Origin: a virus
Lineage: Duplodnaviria > Heunggongvirae > Uroviricota > Caudoviricetes
Direction: 5' to 3' (one strand)
Virus record (IMG/VR): IMGVR_UViG_3300025413_000008
DNA length: 64,000 nt
This document shows, piece after piece, positions 18,289 to 27,406 of this stretch. Position 1 is the first letter of the stretch, and every line of letters begins with the position of its first letter. The notes below the pieces were generated by a model, which was not told where the DNA came from, ran no database searches, and was given only the letters and a program-made list of their open reading frames with translations. Both the position numbers and the translations under genes were made by a program.

Positions 18289-18984
18289 TTATGCAACTAC
18301 AGGAGTTTTCTTGGGACGACCGCGAGTCTTCTTTTCAAGTGCATTGACCGATAGCATTGAAACTGGCTTAGATGGTGCCAATGCATCTGCTTCAGCAAGC
18401 AGCCGCTGTGCTTCTGCAAGAAGTCCATTTGCTTCATTACTCATACGCTGTGCCTGTGAACGAAGATTATTTGCAATCATATTATCGCCCAATGCATCGT
18501 CAGATGACGCGGTAACCGGTGGACGATTTGTGACTGCATCTACGTCTCCGCGCATTCTGCGAGCAACTTCTGCGGGGTCTTGAATTCCACGCTGCCCATC
18601 AAGTTCGGCCATTCTCTTAACGGCATCTTCCCCAGCCTTCATCTCATCAAGAATTTTGTTGAGTTCACTCAACTTGATTTTTACGTTTGGTGCTGGGGTC
18701 ATTACGATCAATTCAGTCTGTACCTTCTTTAACATACCTTCGGTATGGAGGCGCTGTAGAATGGCATGACCATCTCTTGTATACGAACGATTTAGTGCAT
18801 CGGCTAAGTTTTCACTGTTCTGACCGATATCGCTTTCAATACACTTGATAAGTGGATCGTGGATATTCTGTCCCATAATTTCAGTATAAACTACCAGTGC
18901 CATGTGAGGTTCGCCTGGCACTTCACGGAATACGACTGCTACTTTTCTGTCTCCATGACGACCAACGTGTCTCAAAAAACTCAT
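18289..18984 (-). CDS. Hypothetical coiled-coil protein
   Basis: SD AAGGAG; GTTAAATA box at 19012-19019. Confidence 0.8.
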   Translation of the reverse strand: MSFLRHVGRHGDRKVAVVFREVPGEPHMALVVYTEIMGQNIHDPLIKCIESDIGQNSENLADALNRSYTRDGHAILQRLHTEGMLKKVQTELIVMTPAPNVKIKLSELNKILDEMKAGEDAVKRMAELDGQRGIQDPAEVARRMRGDVDAVTNRPPVTASSDDALGDNMIANNLRSQAQRMSNEANGLLAEAQRLLAEADALAPSKPVSMLSVNALEKKTRGRPKKTPVVA

Positions 18985-19043
18985 ATTTTTGTCTCCTTAT
19001 TATGACATAGGTATTTAACAAGGAAATTTACATCAGAATATTT

Positions 19044-19118
19044 TTAAGACCATTTCATTGTAATGTAGGGCATCAGTGATTCGTGCACGTTGTATCGTGG
19101 AAAATAATATCTAATCAT
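19044..19118 (-). CDS. 24-aa mini-ORF MIRYYFPRYNVHESLMPYITMKWS (not in the ORF track)
   Basis: Manually translated; starts in the GAGGTGGTC-ATGA junction and ends with the family-like MKWS. Confidence 0.55.
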   Translation of the reverse strand: MIRYYFPRYNVHESLMPYITMKWS

Positions 19119-19336
19119 GACCACCTCAATATGAACATGGTTAAATTCTTTTCTTCTTCAAACTCGGCCCATACATCAAGTCCTTCAATAACACACTTTG
19201 CTCCGGAATTTTTTATTATATCATAGAGTGCATAATTGTATTTTAAGCTATCACGTGGTTCGGTTATGGAATCAATTAAATTTTTATATATGGGCTTAAT
19301 TGTATAGCCATCAATGAGATTGATACGAACTGTCAT
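19115..19336 (-). CDS. Small LRWS-family protein; start MTVR at 19336
   Basis: Ends EFEEEKNLTMFILRWS; ATGA coupling at both ends. Confidence 0.7.
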   Translation of the reverse strand: MTVRINLIDGYTIKPIYKNLIDSITEPRDSLKYNYALYDIIKNSGAKCVIEGLDVWAEFEEEKNLTMFILRWS

Positions 19337-19590
19337 GACCATCTCAGAAGGAACCAAGATTCCAACTCGGGGCTTAGGATATAACGTCGACGAAACCCAT
19401 TATCATCTGCATAACCATGTTTCTGGAAACATGGTGCACCATGTTTCCACATACGGAGTGGGTGAGACTCAATCCAATCAGTAGTATCACCTACTATCAT
19501 AGAATACATATTCCACCCAATTGGCTGATAAATACCAAGCCATACCCATGGCATCAATTTTCTTGAATACTCATGCAAATTTGAGTTCAT
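19333..19590 (-). CDS. Small LRWS-family protein; start uncertain (19590 or 19554)
   Basis: Ends ELESWFLLRWS. Confidence 0.55.
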   Translation of the reverse strand: MNSNLHEYSRKLMPWVWLGIYQPIGWNMYSMIVGDTTDWIESHPLRMWKHGAPCFQKHGYADDNGFRRRYILSPELESWFLLRWS

Positions 19591-19804
19591 AAAATACCGC
19601 TTCCTCTGGGTCTTCAAACGCCGGAAATGAGGCACCATGAGTGCCTCCTGATATCAGGGAAAACCTTCCTACCAGTTTTTCGGTGATCCATGCATATGAT
19701 TCAGCATTTATAGGCGTGTTGGAACGAACAAAATGATTGGGCATGAAGTTCAGTTCTCTTTCCAAAAACCACTGACTTAAGTTTAGATCATCTATCGTTT
19801 TCAT
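19571..19804 (-). CDS. Small LRWS-family-like protein
   Basis: Ends FEDPEEAVFYELKFA. Confidence 0.7.
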   Translation of the reverse strand: MKTIDDLNLSQWFLERELNFMPNHFVRSNTPINAESYAWITEKLVGRFSLISGGTHGASFPAFEDPEEAVFYELKFA

Positions 19805-20048
19805 TATCTTTTACCAATGCATAAAGAATTTCCAACTTTTCAAGTGCGTCCATGAGAGTCGGGTTAGTCTCAGCAAGACGGATAATACGCATCATTCGCT
19901 GAGAACGCATAGCAAGTTGCATTTCCTTTTCCAATTTCTGATCCTCTGAATGTAGTTGTTGAGTTGAAGAAGCAAAACCCCGTGTGTAAATAGTTTTGCC
20001 CCCGTCAGGTGATTCAAAAACCATCTGACGGGAGACATCAACTTGCAT
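19788..20048 (-). CDS. Hypothetical protein with FESPDGGKTIY motif; start MQVDV at 20048
   Basis: The longer ORF in the track runs into the vWA gene; the in-frame ATG at 20048 fits the intergenic gap. Confidence 0.7.
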   Translation of the reverse strand: MQVDVSRQMVFESPDGGKTIYTRGFASSTQQLHSEDQKLEKEMQLAMRSQRMMRIIRLAETNPTLMDALEKLEILYALVKDNENDR

Positions 20049-20076
20049 TATTTCTGTTTTTGGCTTCACAGACTTA

Positions 20077-21384
20077 TTACTTACGATGATCATCGTAAAG
20101 AGCAAACACCCCGAAAGGAGGGTTCGGGTTAGGATCGCCGTGAATGATCCAAGTAGTGTCGCAGTAGTCAGGCGTTCCCCAGCTACCACAAGGATACCCG
20201 TCAGTAAACACGATCAGACGATTGGGAACCCTGCCTGCTTCTTTGAGGTCATTGAAAATGCAGTCAAAGTCGGTACCACCACCACCATGGAGTTGATATT
20301 CTTCAAGGTTTTCCATGTTTTCAGAAGAAAATTCCTGTGTGTTGTAGCACCGCGTGTCAAAGCAAGTAACACGAAGATTGTACCCATCAAATGCATCCAT
20401 CATGCCACCAACTTCTGAGAGGAAAGCCATACCTTGCTTGTTGGAGATTGAACCGGACATGTCAATATAAATATCAACATCAATTTCCTCACCAGGGTTC
20501 ATGCCAGGCATGATTGCGTCCATATGCCACGAACGGCGAGAAGGACGCATCCAAGTATAATCAGACTTGATTGCAGAGGTAAGATTGGTCTGGATCAGTT
20601 CCCGCCAAGGCATAACAGGGTCAGTGAGGCTTTTGATCATGATTTCAACGCCCTTAGGAATACTACCAGCCTCAGCCGTAGAAGCAGCATTGAGAATTGC
20701 CTGCTTCATTTCTTGGCGGATTTCTTCCTTTTCAGCCTCGGAAAGGTTAGGACGACCCTTACCCTTCTTGTTGCCATCTTTGCTTTCGCCATCATCACCA
20801 TCGCCATCACCATCATCACCATCGCCATCAATGTGATCGTCAATCATCTTGTCCAGAAGATCGTCAATGTTGATATATTGGACGTTCTTCATCAGATCGT
20901 CATAGATCGCCTCAACCGCCCAGTTTTCGTACTTGGTGTCATAGAGACATGGAACAGTGGTGATGAAATCACCGACCTTGTGACGCTTCAAGTCAGCATT
21001 GACCGCATAGTCAGCCGCGATGTTCCAGAATTCCGGATCACGGTTGTCACGGCGTCCAAGGTGATCATACACCACGTGCAGGACTTCATGTCCGACAAGA
21101 AATTCAACTTCCTTAGTCTTGAGCATCTGAATGAAGCGAGAGTTGTAATAGAACCGGCGACCATCGGTGGCCGCAGTGGTCAGCCACTCATCAGCATTGA
21201 TGAGTTGAAGGCGAGTAGCAAGGTTGCCGAAGAAAGCATGACGCAGCAAAAGCCCGATACGTGCGGTAACCAAGCGTTCGCGAGCAAGATGGTCAATCTT
21301 AGGATCGGTAGGACCCACGAGTTTATCAAACTTGTTGCTACGCGAACGCTTGGACTTCTTGGGGGCAGTGGTATTGGTAGTCAT
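20077..21384 (-). CDS. Zincin-like metallopeptidase plus vWA (MIDAS) domain protein, MoxR partner
   Basis: HEVLH zinc motif, DMSGS MIDAS motif, GGGGTDF, VFTDG. Confidence 0.85.
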   Translation of the reverse strand: MTTNTTAPKKSKRSRSNKFDKLVGPTDPKIDHLARERLVTARIGLLLRHAFFGNLATRLQLINADEWLTTAATDGRRFYYNSRFIQMLKTKEVEFLVGHEVLHVVYDHLGRRDNRDPEFWNIAADYAVNADLKRHKVGDFITTVPCLYDTKYENWAVEAIYDDLMKNVQYINIDDLLDKMIDDHIDGDGDDGDGDGDDGESKDGNKKGKGRPNLSEAEKEEIRQEMKQAILNAASTAEAGSIPKGVEIMIKSLTDPVMPWRELIQTNLTSAIKSDYTWMRPSRRSWHMDAIMPGMNPGEEIDVDIYIDMSGSISNKQGMAFLSEVGGMMDAFDGYNLRVTCFDTRCYNTQEFSSENMENLEEYQLHGGGGTDFDCIFNDLKEAGRVPNRLIVFTDGYPCGSWGTPDYCDTTWIIHGDPNPNPPFGVFALYDDHRK

Positions 21385-21413
21385 GTTAGAAACCTTTCGT
21401 TGTTGATGTGCTG

Positions 21414-21442
21414 ACTTTAACGCAGATGTACTGTCATGTCAA
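21414..21442 (-). promoter_or_regulatory. Sigma70-type promoter TTGACA-17-TAAAGT
   Basis: Read directly; SD GAAAGG downstream. Confidence 0.85.
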
Positions 21443-21449
21443 GCATAAA

Positions 21450-21695
21450 TCACCTGATCCATTTATAATACATATCAAAATCTTTATTTTTCATATAATG
21501 GATCGCTCCCTTTTTATAGGGAACCGGGGCATAAGTAACAAATTGTAAAAGAATTACATCCTGTTGCAAAATTTTAGAAGCATCTGAGTGAGGATATCCA
21601 TAAATCTTGCGAATGTCCTGAGGACGAAACTCAATATCATATGGTGCCGCTTTAATTGCTTCTACCATATCGCGTTGGTGATCAGTGAGCTTCAC
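21450..21695 (-). CDS. Hypothetical protein (GTG start)
   Basis: Fills the gap in co-directional genes. Confidence 0.6.
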   Translation of the reverse strand: MKLTDHQRDMVEAIKAAPYDIEFRPQDIRKIYGYPHSDASKILQQDVILLQFVTYAPVPYKKGAIHYMKNKDFDMYYKWIR

Positions 21696-21721
21696 GTGTA
21701 AATCCTTTTAAAAGAGAAGAG

Positions 21722-22084
21722 TTAGTTGGCTTTTGGACTATGCTTAACGCGAAGCAAATCGTGTACAATGGGACCATATCGTTCATGAAACTTTTCCATC
21801 ATCCGAGAATTAGGATCAACATACGGAAAGTTGTCAGATCGGAACATGAACCAAGTTACCAAAATTGGCAAAAGTCGCTCATCAATTTTTTCTGCTGCCC
21901 GAGAAAGTTCATCGGACATAATATTACTGACGAAATAGGGGCGGAGTTGTTTTGCACTGTCTGGATCAGGTTCAGCAAACTCAGCAAAAACAAAGTCCAT
22001 CACACTATCCCAGTATTCAGAAGCATTGTTTTGTTCCACTACTGCGATAGCAAGATTTACTAAAGTATTTATTTTGTCGCTCAT
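21722..22084 (-). CDS. Hypothetical protein
   Basis: SD AAGGA; follows the terminator. Confidence 0.65.
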   Translation of the reverse strand: MSDKINTLVNLAIAVVEQNNASEYWDSVMDFVFAEFAEPDPDSAKQLRPYFVSNIMSDELSRAAEKIDERLLPILVTWFMFRSDNFPYVDPNSRMMEKFHERYGPIVHDLLRVKHSPKAN

Positions 22085-22100
22085 GTTGCATAATCCTTAT

Positions 22101-22134
22101 AAAAAAGGGGGAAGATTGTCTCAAACCTTCCCCC
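22101..22134 (-). terminator. Rho-independent terminator after the MoxR ATPase
   Basis: Stem GGGGAAGGTT/AATCTTCCCC (one G-U pair) followed by CTTTTTT. Confidence 0.85.
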
Positions 22135-22148
22135 ATGGAGCCGCTGGC

Positions 22149-23261
22149 TTAGTTACCAGCTTCTACGATGTACTTGCCATACTTCTTGTGGAAGTCATTG
22201 AAGTTAGTCAACTGCGAAGGCTCAATCGGAAGTTTGTAGGTCTTCAGAGCGATCTTTGCACCCATAACCACCAATTCAGTCTCAAAGTTCTTCATGATAA
22301 ACTCAAAGAAGTTGTCAGCCATCTTGTGGAAACCCTTGTTATCCACGGTCTTGTTTGCCAGAGCATCACGAAGTTCGTAGCACATGGAAATCGTCAGCGA
22401 GTACATTGCCGAAATTTCCTTGACCGCCAATTCAGTGACCTTGCCCGAGAGGATATCGGCAGGGTTAGGCATGCGACCGGCAACCTTACGGTGTGCCATG
22501 AACTTGGTAGCAAGACCGTCACCGATGGAACCGGCAACCAGAGTAAACAGCGTATCGTTGTCAACCGTTTCATCGCTCAGAAGATCGCTGACGAAGCACC
22601 ACGAACGCGGAGTTGCGAAGGCGCGGCTGGAACCCTTGGCGTCAAAGTCATAACCGTCCTGTTTGGAGAACGAGAGATAACCAACAACGTCTTGGTGGAT
22701 GCCCTTGTTGACTGCCCAATTCTGCCATGCAGCGAAGTCATACTTCATTTCGATGTGAACAAAACGATTGGCGAGCGGCATCGGCATGCGATAGGTAACG
22801 CCCTTGTCGCTGTCACGGTTACCGGCAGCAACGATAACCACGTTATCGGGCAACTTGTACTTACCAACGCGGCGATTGAGGATCAACTGATAACCAGCGG
22901 CCTGAACCGCAGGAGGAGCCGAGTTCATTTCGTCAAGGAACAGAACAACGATGGGATACTGGTCGCAGACTTCTTGGCTGGGAAGATCAACCGGCTCAGC
23001 CCAATCCATCTTGCCATTGTCTTTGTTATAGAAGGGAATACCGCGAATGTCGGTAGGTTCCATCTGTGCCATACGAAGATCGTACATGTAGCCGCCAAGT
23101 TCTTGGGTGACTTCTTCAACCACTTCCGACTTGCCGATACCCGGAGGACCCCAGAGGAACACAGGACGCTTTGCCTTGAATGCCGAAAGGAGAGCCTTGC
23201 GAGCCTGAATAGAATTGATAGTGAGAGTGTCAGATACGTGAGACATGTGTTTAAGCTCCAT
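22149..23261 (-). CDS. MoxR-type AAA+ ATPase
   Basis: Walker A GPPGIGKS, Walker B LFLDE, AAGN, PLANRF. Confidence 0.9.
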   Translation of the reverse strand: MELKHMSHVSDTLTINSIQARKALLSAFKAKRPVFLWGPPGIGKSEVVEEVTQELGGYMYDLRMAQMEPTDIRGIPFYNKDNGKMDWAEPVDLPSQEVCDQYPIVVLFLDEMNSAPPAVQAAGYQLILNRRVGKYKLPDNVVIVAAGNRDSDKGVTYRMPMPLANRFVHIEMKYDFAAWQNWAVNKGIHQDVVGYLSFSKQDGYDFDAKGSSRAFATPRSWCFVSDLLSDETVDNDTLFTLVAGSIGDGLATKFMAHRKVAGRMPNPADILSGKVTELAVKEISAMYSLTISMCYELRDALANKTVDNKGFHKMADNFFEFIMKNFETELVVMGAKIALKTYKLPIEPSQLTNFNDFHKKYGKYIVEAGN

Positions 23262-23315
23262 TAGGTTGTGTTAATGTAATAGAGAGTGTTTTCCGTTGTT
23301 GCTCTCTATGAACCC

Positions 23316-23344
23316 TGTATAGCGATGGTTCCAATTCGAGTCAA
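23316..23344 (-). promoter_or_regulatory. Sigma70-type promoter TTGACT-17-TATACA
   Basis: Read directly. Confidence 0.7.
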
Positions 23345-23371
23345 CAACTATTTTCACTTTTTTGAAGTTTT

Positions 23372-23659
23372 TTATGCCATCAGTTGAGCAATGAGGATAA
23401 GCTGATCCAAGTGGTTGATTGCATTGATGATTTCTTTGAGTTTCTTATCCGAAGCAATGATATGTTGATTGCTACGCAGATTGCGCTCAGTTTTTGGTAC
23501 ACTACGAGATTTTACCTCAAGTTTGCTGAGTTCAGTGATCATCTTCTTGATGTTACCGTGCAATTTATACAAGTCTGGATTATACTCCAGCTTGAAAAGT
23601 TTCAACAACCTCTTATCAAGGTGTGACTGAGCCAAAATCGCACTATGAATGTTTTCCAT
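23372..23659 (-). CDS. Hypothetical helical protein
   Basis: Preceded by TTGACT (23689-23694) with 17-bp spacer and weak -10 TAAGGG. Confidence 0.7.
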   Translation of the reverse strand: MENIHSAILAQSHLDKRLLKLFKLEYNPDLYKLHGNIKKMITELSKLEVKSRSVPKTERNLRSNQHIIASDKKLKEIINAINHLDQLILIAQLMA

Positions 23660-23698
23660 AGTCTACCCTTACGATAGCATCAGGAATAAGTCAATATC

Positions 23699-24412
23699 TT
23701 ACTTAAAGTCTAAGACGATATGGCTACCATTCCGAAACCAACAATCAGCCTGAGTACTCCATTTATCATATAATTCATCATCTACTACGCGACAATGTTC
23801 TTCAGGGCGAGCACCAAATCCACCAATTGGACAAGGATGATAGTTGACCCAGTTCACTACAATAAAACGACCTTTGAACGTGGTGAGAATGCGTTCCCAA
23901 ACTTTATCAAATGCCGGTTCAGGTATATGCTCAAGGCTTTCTACCATAAGGATAGTATCAAATGTTGTTAAGTCAATTTCATCTATAAACTGGTCTATAA
24001 AACCAACCATTGGTTTAACTGGTTGAAATTGATACTGAGTTGCTGTTTCTTCATACCATCGCTCTGCACCATTTCCTGGTTCAACACTGATGACTTCAAT
24101 TCCCATGTGATTGAGAACAGTTGCTACTTCTCCACGACCTCCGCCAATTTCCAAAACACGTTTGGGGTTTCTGGTAGCAAAGGTTTTCAAAAATTGCATT
24201 TGTGATTCGATATAGCGGTAATCGTTACTTTCCGCTCTACCATTTTCATCTACTTTAAATACCTCAGGAAATGAATCTTTGAGTTGTTCCCATGATATAT
24301 TATGGGCATACCCTAAACCAGCCAAAGCATCTCCAAATTTAAGACTTTGACTCCTCCAACTACGTATACCATCTGAATGGGTAAAATATGTAAAATCATA
24401 TAAATCGTTCAT
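23699..24412 (-). CDS. Class I SAM-dependent methyltransferase
   Basis: VLEIGGGRGE motif I, FDTILMVESLEHI; SD AAGGA. Confidence 0.8.
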   Translation of the reverse strand: MNDLYDFTYFTHSDGIRSWRSQSLKFGDALAGLGYAHNISWEQLKDSFPEVFKVDENGRAESNDYRYIESQMQFLKTFATRNPKRVLEIGGGRGEVATVLNHMGIEVISVEPGNGAERWYEETATQYQFQPVKPMVGFIDQFIDEIDLTTFDTILMVESLEHIPEPAFDKVWERILTTFKGRFIVVNWVNYHPCPIGGFGARPEEHCRVVDDELYDKWSTQADCWFRNGSHIVLDFK

Positions 24413-24429
24413 TATTATTGTCCTTTAAT

Positions 24430-24465
24430 TTACTCTATTATACTAAGTATAATAGAGTAAGTCAA
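24430..24465 (-). promoter_or_regulatory. Sigma70 promoter TTGACT-17-TATAAT embedded in a perfect 31-bp palindrome
   Basis: Arms 24430-24444 and 24446-24460 are exact reverse complements. Confidence 0.85.
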
Positions 24466-26609
24466 CGTGTTTCTTTCATCATGTTAGGATCATTTGGAGA
24501 AAAGGAGCCACGGTTTCCGACTGCGGATTTAACCTGATTCGGATTAAAAACTACCCAAACTTCACCGGACTTTGCATTGCTGTTGTTTGGAATGATTTCA
24601 TTGATAATAGCACCATCAAAGCCAAGCTTCTGTAAGGTTTTTACAAAGTGATCACCTTCTGGTCCGTCAAACAGTTCCCAGCGTTCAAACTCATCAACAT
24701 AATAATATATTGACCTCAAGTCAATACCATTGTCTTTAAATCCTTGCACGGTTTCTTCGTTATCTAACATATGTGAAAGATTGTTATCTCTTAGATCAAT
24801 GGGATTCTGTACTGAAAGATATACAGGCAAGATTCGTCCACTTGGCTTATATTCACCGGGGTAATCTGGTTTCTCAATGAACGATTCAGCAAACATTGGA
24901 TCAACCGCAAAGAAGGAACCATGACGTTCTACTTCAAATGCCATACCCAATGCACTTGCAAAGCCTGTGCCATGAGTGTTGAACGTGTCAAAGTCTTTAG
25001 TAGTAGCATGATAGAATGTCATTGGCTTATGACCATCCCATGCATGAGTGTGCTTTAGCCAATCGTCCATTCTTTTTTGGCGATGCTGTTCATCATAGCC
25101 GGGAAACAGTTCTTCTTGTTCCTCTTCTGCTAAGAATGACTGCCATTCGTTCATCAGGCTTTCGGCAATCTTACCGTCTGCTCTAGCTTGGGGAGGGATG
25201 CCTGCTCTGGAAGTCTTGAAGCCAAATGCCTTAGCGTTCTTCTTGATCGCATCTGGCTTGACATCTATTGTTAACGCCGTGCACCATCGTGGGTCATTCT
25301 TTTCTTTTGCTGATGGGATGTATCCTGATGCTTCGTCAATATAAGGTAAACGAACATTTTTATAGCGATCAGGATCATGCGGCTTAACTTCTTGTGTCTT
25401 CTTAGGCTTTGGTTCTCTCCAACCACGTTCCCATGCTGCCGCACCTTTTCTTGCCGCAAGATTAACGTCTTGTCCTCTTGCTCGCGCTGAACGGACAAAA
25501 TGGTCAATCACTTGCTGCTTGGTGGTGTAGGCTTCGTCAAGTTGTTCTTCTTGCATTTCATAGCGTTTCATGATTTCATCTGGAACATTATCATCCCATC
25601 CAACATAATAATTATCACTAATTTTATCTATCGCAGCGTCAAGACGATTTCTATAGTCGTATGGTATACCCAGTTCTTCTGCACCACTGCCGTGAATGGC
25701 CTCAGTGGCATCCCACCAGTAAGTATCACCGCTGTAATAGAGTCCACGAAGATGTTTGTGTTGTGATTTTTTAGTTAGATTATACAGAGCACGTGGTGTA
25801 GGGTTTTTCCAATGTTTTAACGAGCTTTCTTCATTGATTATTGCATCAAACTGGTGCTTCAATTCTTCAGCAAGAGTGTCTTCTTGCTCGGCAATTTCCT
25901 CTTCAATGCTTAACTTACTGCTGCGAAGTTTATCACGTAAGTTATATAGTGCATCAATGCCCTTTTGTGATCTAACTGCTTTATATGCAAGATTTTCTGG
26001 TGAGAATTCTCCGCCCTTAGATAATCCTGCCTGACGATAACGCTTGATCATATGCAACACATTATCCAGCCGCCCTAAGTCTTTTGTTTTTAAAGTAAGG
26101 TCAACCAAATCTGCTAGTTTTTGATATTTTGCTTTGGTTGCTGTCTGATCAAAGTTTGCTCTGCGTTTTACTGGATGCTTAATCCAGCGATTATTTAAAA
26201 TACTATATTCACCAAGTGACACTACAGGCTCGTTGCTGTCTTGCACATATACTTCTACTGGAATGCCATGGACAGTAATATTATGAGAGTCATTATAAAT
26301 TGTCTTTTTGGCTTTGAATAATTCCTGATAGACTTCATTGTCAGGAAACCGCGACATATCCACAACTATGTGTAAATCAAGATCGCTATGTTTTGTATAA
26401 GAATATGCAGCATTTGAGCCAGAAATGGTTACGTCTTTTACATTAACATCACTGATTCCAAGTTCTGACATGAAATCGTCTGCAATACTTAATAGACTAT
26501 CTTTAACTTCTGGATCAAGGGTTTCGTCTATCCAAAGGTTGGGGTTAAGTTTGTCGTGAAACTTAACTGCGTCTGAAAGTTTAAATGAATGAAGTTCTTT
26601 AATGTCCAT
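24462..26609 (-). CDS. Multidomain late protein: N-terminal Pol-beta-type nucleotidyltransferase plus C-terminal ADP-ribosyltransferase-like (ART-PolyVal-type) domain
   Basis: SGSN...SDLDLH motif; FYHAT...GSFFA...ILPVYLS...GFDG...VVFNPNQVKS; Glu-rich linkers. Confidence 0.75.
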   Translation of the reverse strand: MDIKELHSFKLSDAVKFHDKLNPNLWIDETLDPEVKDSLLSIADDFMSELGISDVNVKDVTISGSNAAYSYTKHSDLDLHIVVDMSRFPDNEVYQELFKAKKTIYNDSHNITVHGIPVEVYVQDSNEPVVSLGEYSILNNRWIKHPVKRRANFDQTATKAKYQKLADLVDLTLKTKDLGRLDNVLHMIKRYRQAGLSKGGEFSPENLAYKAVRSQKGIDALYNLRDKLRSSKLSIEEEIAEQEDTLAEELKHQFDAIINEESSLKHWKNPTPRALYNLTKKSQHKHLRGLYYSGDTYWWDATEAIHGSGAEELGIPYDYRNRLDAAIDKISDNYYVGWDDNVPDEIMKRYEMQEEQLDEAYTTKQQVIDHFVRSARARGQDVNLAARKGAAAWERGWREPKPKKTQEVKPHDPDRYKNVRLPYIDEASGYIPSAKEKNDPRWCTALTIDVKPDAIKKNAKAFGFKTSRAGIPPQARADGKIAESLMNEWQSFLAEEEQEELFPGYDEQHRQKRMDDWLKHTHAWDGHKPMTFYHATTKDFDTFNTHGTGFASALGMAFEVERHGSFFAVDPMFAESFIEKPDYPGEYKPSGRILPVYLSVQNPIDLRDNNLSHMLDNEETVQGFKDNGIDLRSIYYYVDEFERWELFDGPEGDHFVKTLQKLGFDGAIINEIIPNNSNAKSGEVWVVFNPNQVKSAVGNRGSFSPNDPNMMKETR

Positions 26610-26620
26610 TCATATATTTA

Positions 26621-27403
26621 TCAAGAATGTGTTGGGTTAAGATTATGAGCAGGTTGATAGCAGTTAATTATTTCCCAACGTCCATCATGGTGTTCAACTA
26701 ATGCAGTCATTGATTCTACCCAGTCACCGTCATTCATATAAACAACGCCGTTGATGTTTTTAATTTCGGCAGTATGTATATGACCACAAATTACTCCATC
26801 ATATCCTTTGCGTTTAGCATATTTGGAAATATTGTCTTCAAAGTGATACATGAAGTCCATCGCGCGTTTTACACGATGCTTTAGATATTTGCTTAAGGAC
26901 CAGTAACCAAATCCCATTTTGTGTCTGAGCCAGTTGTATTTTGTATTGATAGCAAGCACAAAATCATATGCACCATCACCAAGAAAACTGATCCATTTGT
27001 TTACGCGAGTGATGCCATCAAACAAATCGCCATGAACTACAAGATAATGTTTACCGTCTTTACCTATATGTTCAATCTGATTGACGATTTCTACATTTCC
27101 AAATGCCAAATTAAATGCCAAATACGGGCGGAGGAATTCATCATGGTTACCCAACACGTATACAACTCTGGTGCCGCGCTTGGCATGTCCGAGAATGCGT
27201 CTGATCACATTAGTATGAGTCTGTTTCCAACGAAACTTATTCTTTTGAATTTTCCACCCATCAATAATGTCTCCGACCAGATAGAGGGTTTCGCAAGAGT
27301 TATTTTTCAAAAAACTATCAAGCTGTTCAGCTTTACAATCTTTTGTTCCGAGATGAATGTCTGAAATGCATATCGTTCTGTATGTTTTTTGTGTTTTTGT
27401 CAT
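26621..27403 (-). CDS. Calcineurin-like metallophosphoesterase, LpxH-like (UDP-2,3-diacylglucosamine hydrolase family)
   Basis: SDIHLG, VGDIID, GNHD, HGD, GHIH, NDGDW motifs. Confidence 0.85.
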   Translation of the reverse strand: MTKTQKTYRTICISDIHLGTKDCKAEQLDSFLKNNSCETLYLVGDIIDGWKIQKNKFRWKQTHTNVIRRILGHAKRGTRVVYVLGNHDEFLRPYLAFNLAFGNVEIVNQIEHIGKDGKHYLVVHGDLFDGITRVNKWISFLGDGAYDFVLAINTKYNWLRHKMGFGYWSLSKYLKHRVKRAMDFMYHFEDNISKYAKRKGYDGVICGHIHTAEIKNINGVVYMNDGDWVESMTALVEHHDGRWEIINCYQPAHNLNPTHS

Positions 27404-27406
27404 TTA

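Noticed and set aside
20524-21414. 296-aa plus-strand ORF
   Set aside because: Antisense shadow of the GC-rich vWA gene.
22026-23264. 412-aa plus-strand ORF
   Set aside because: Antisense shadow of the MoxR gene, arising from its codon bias; no RBS, promoter or motifs.
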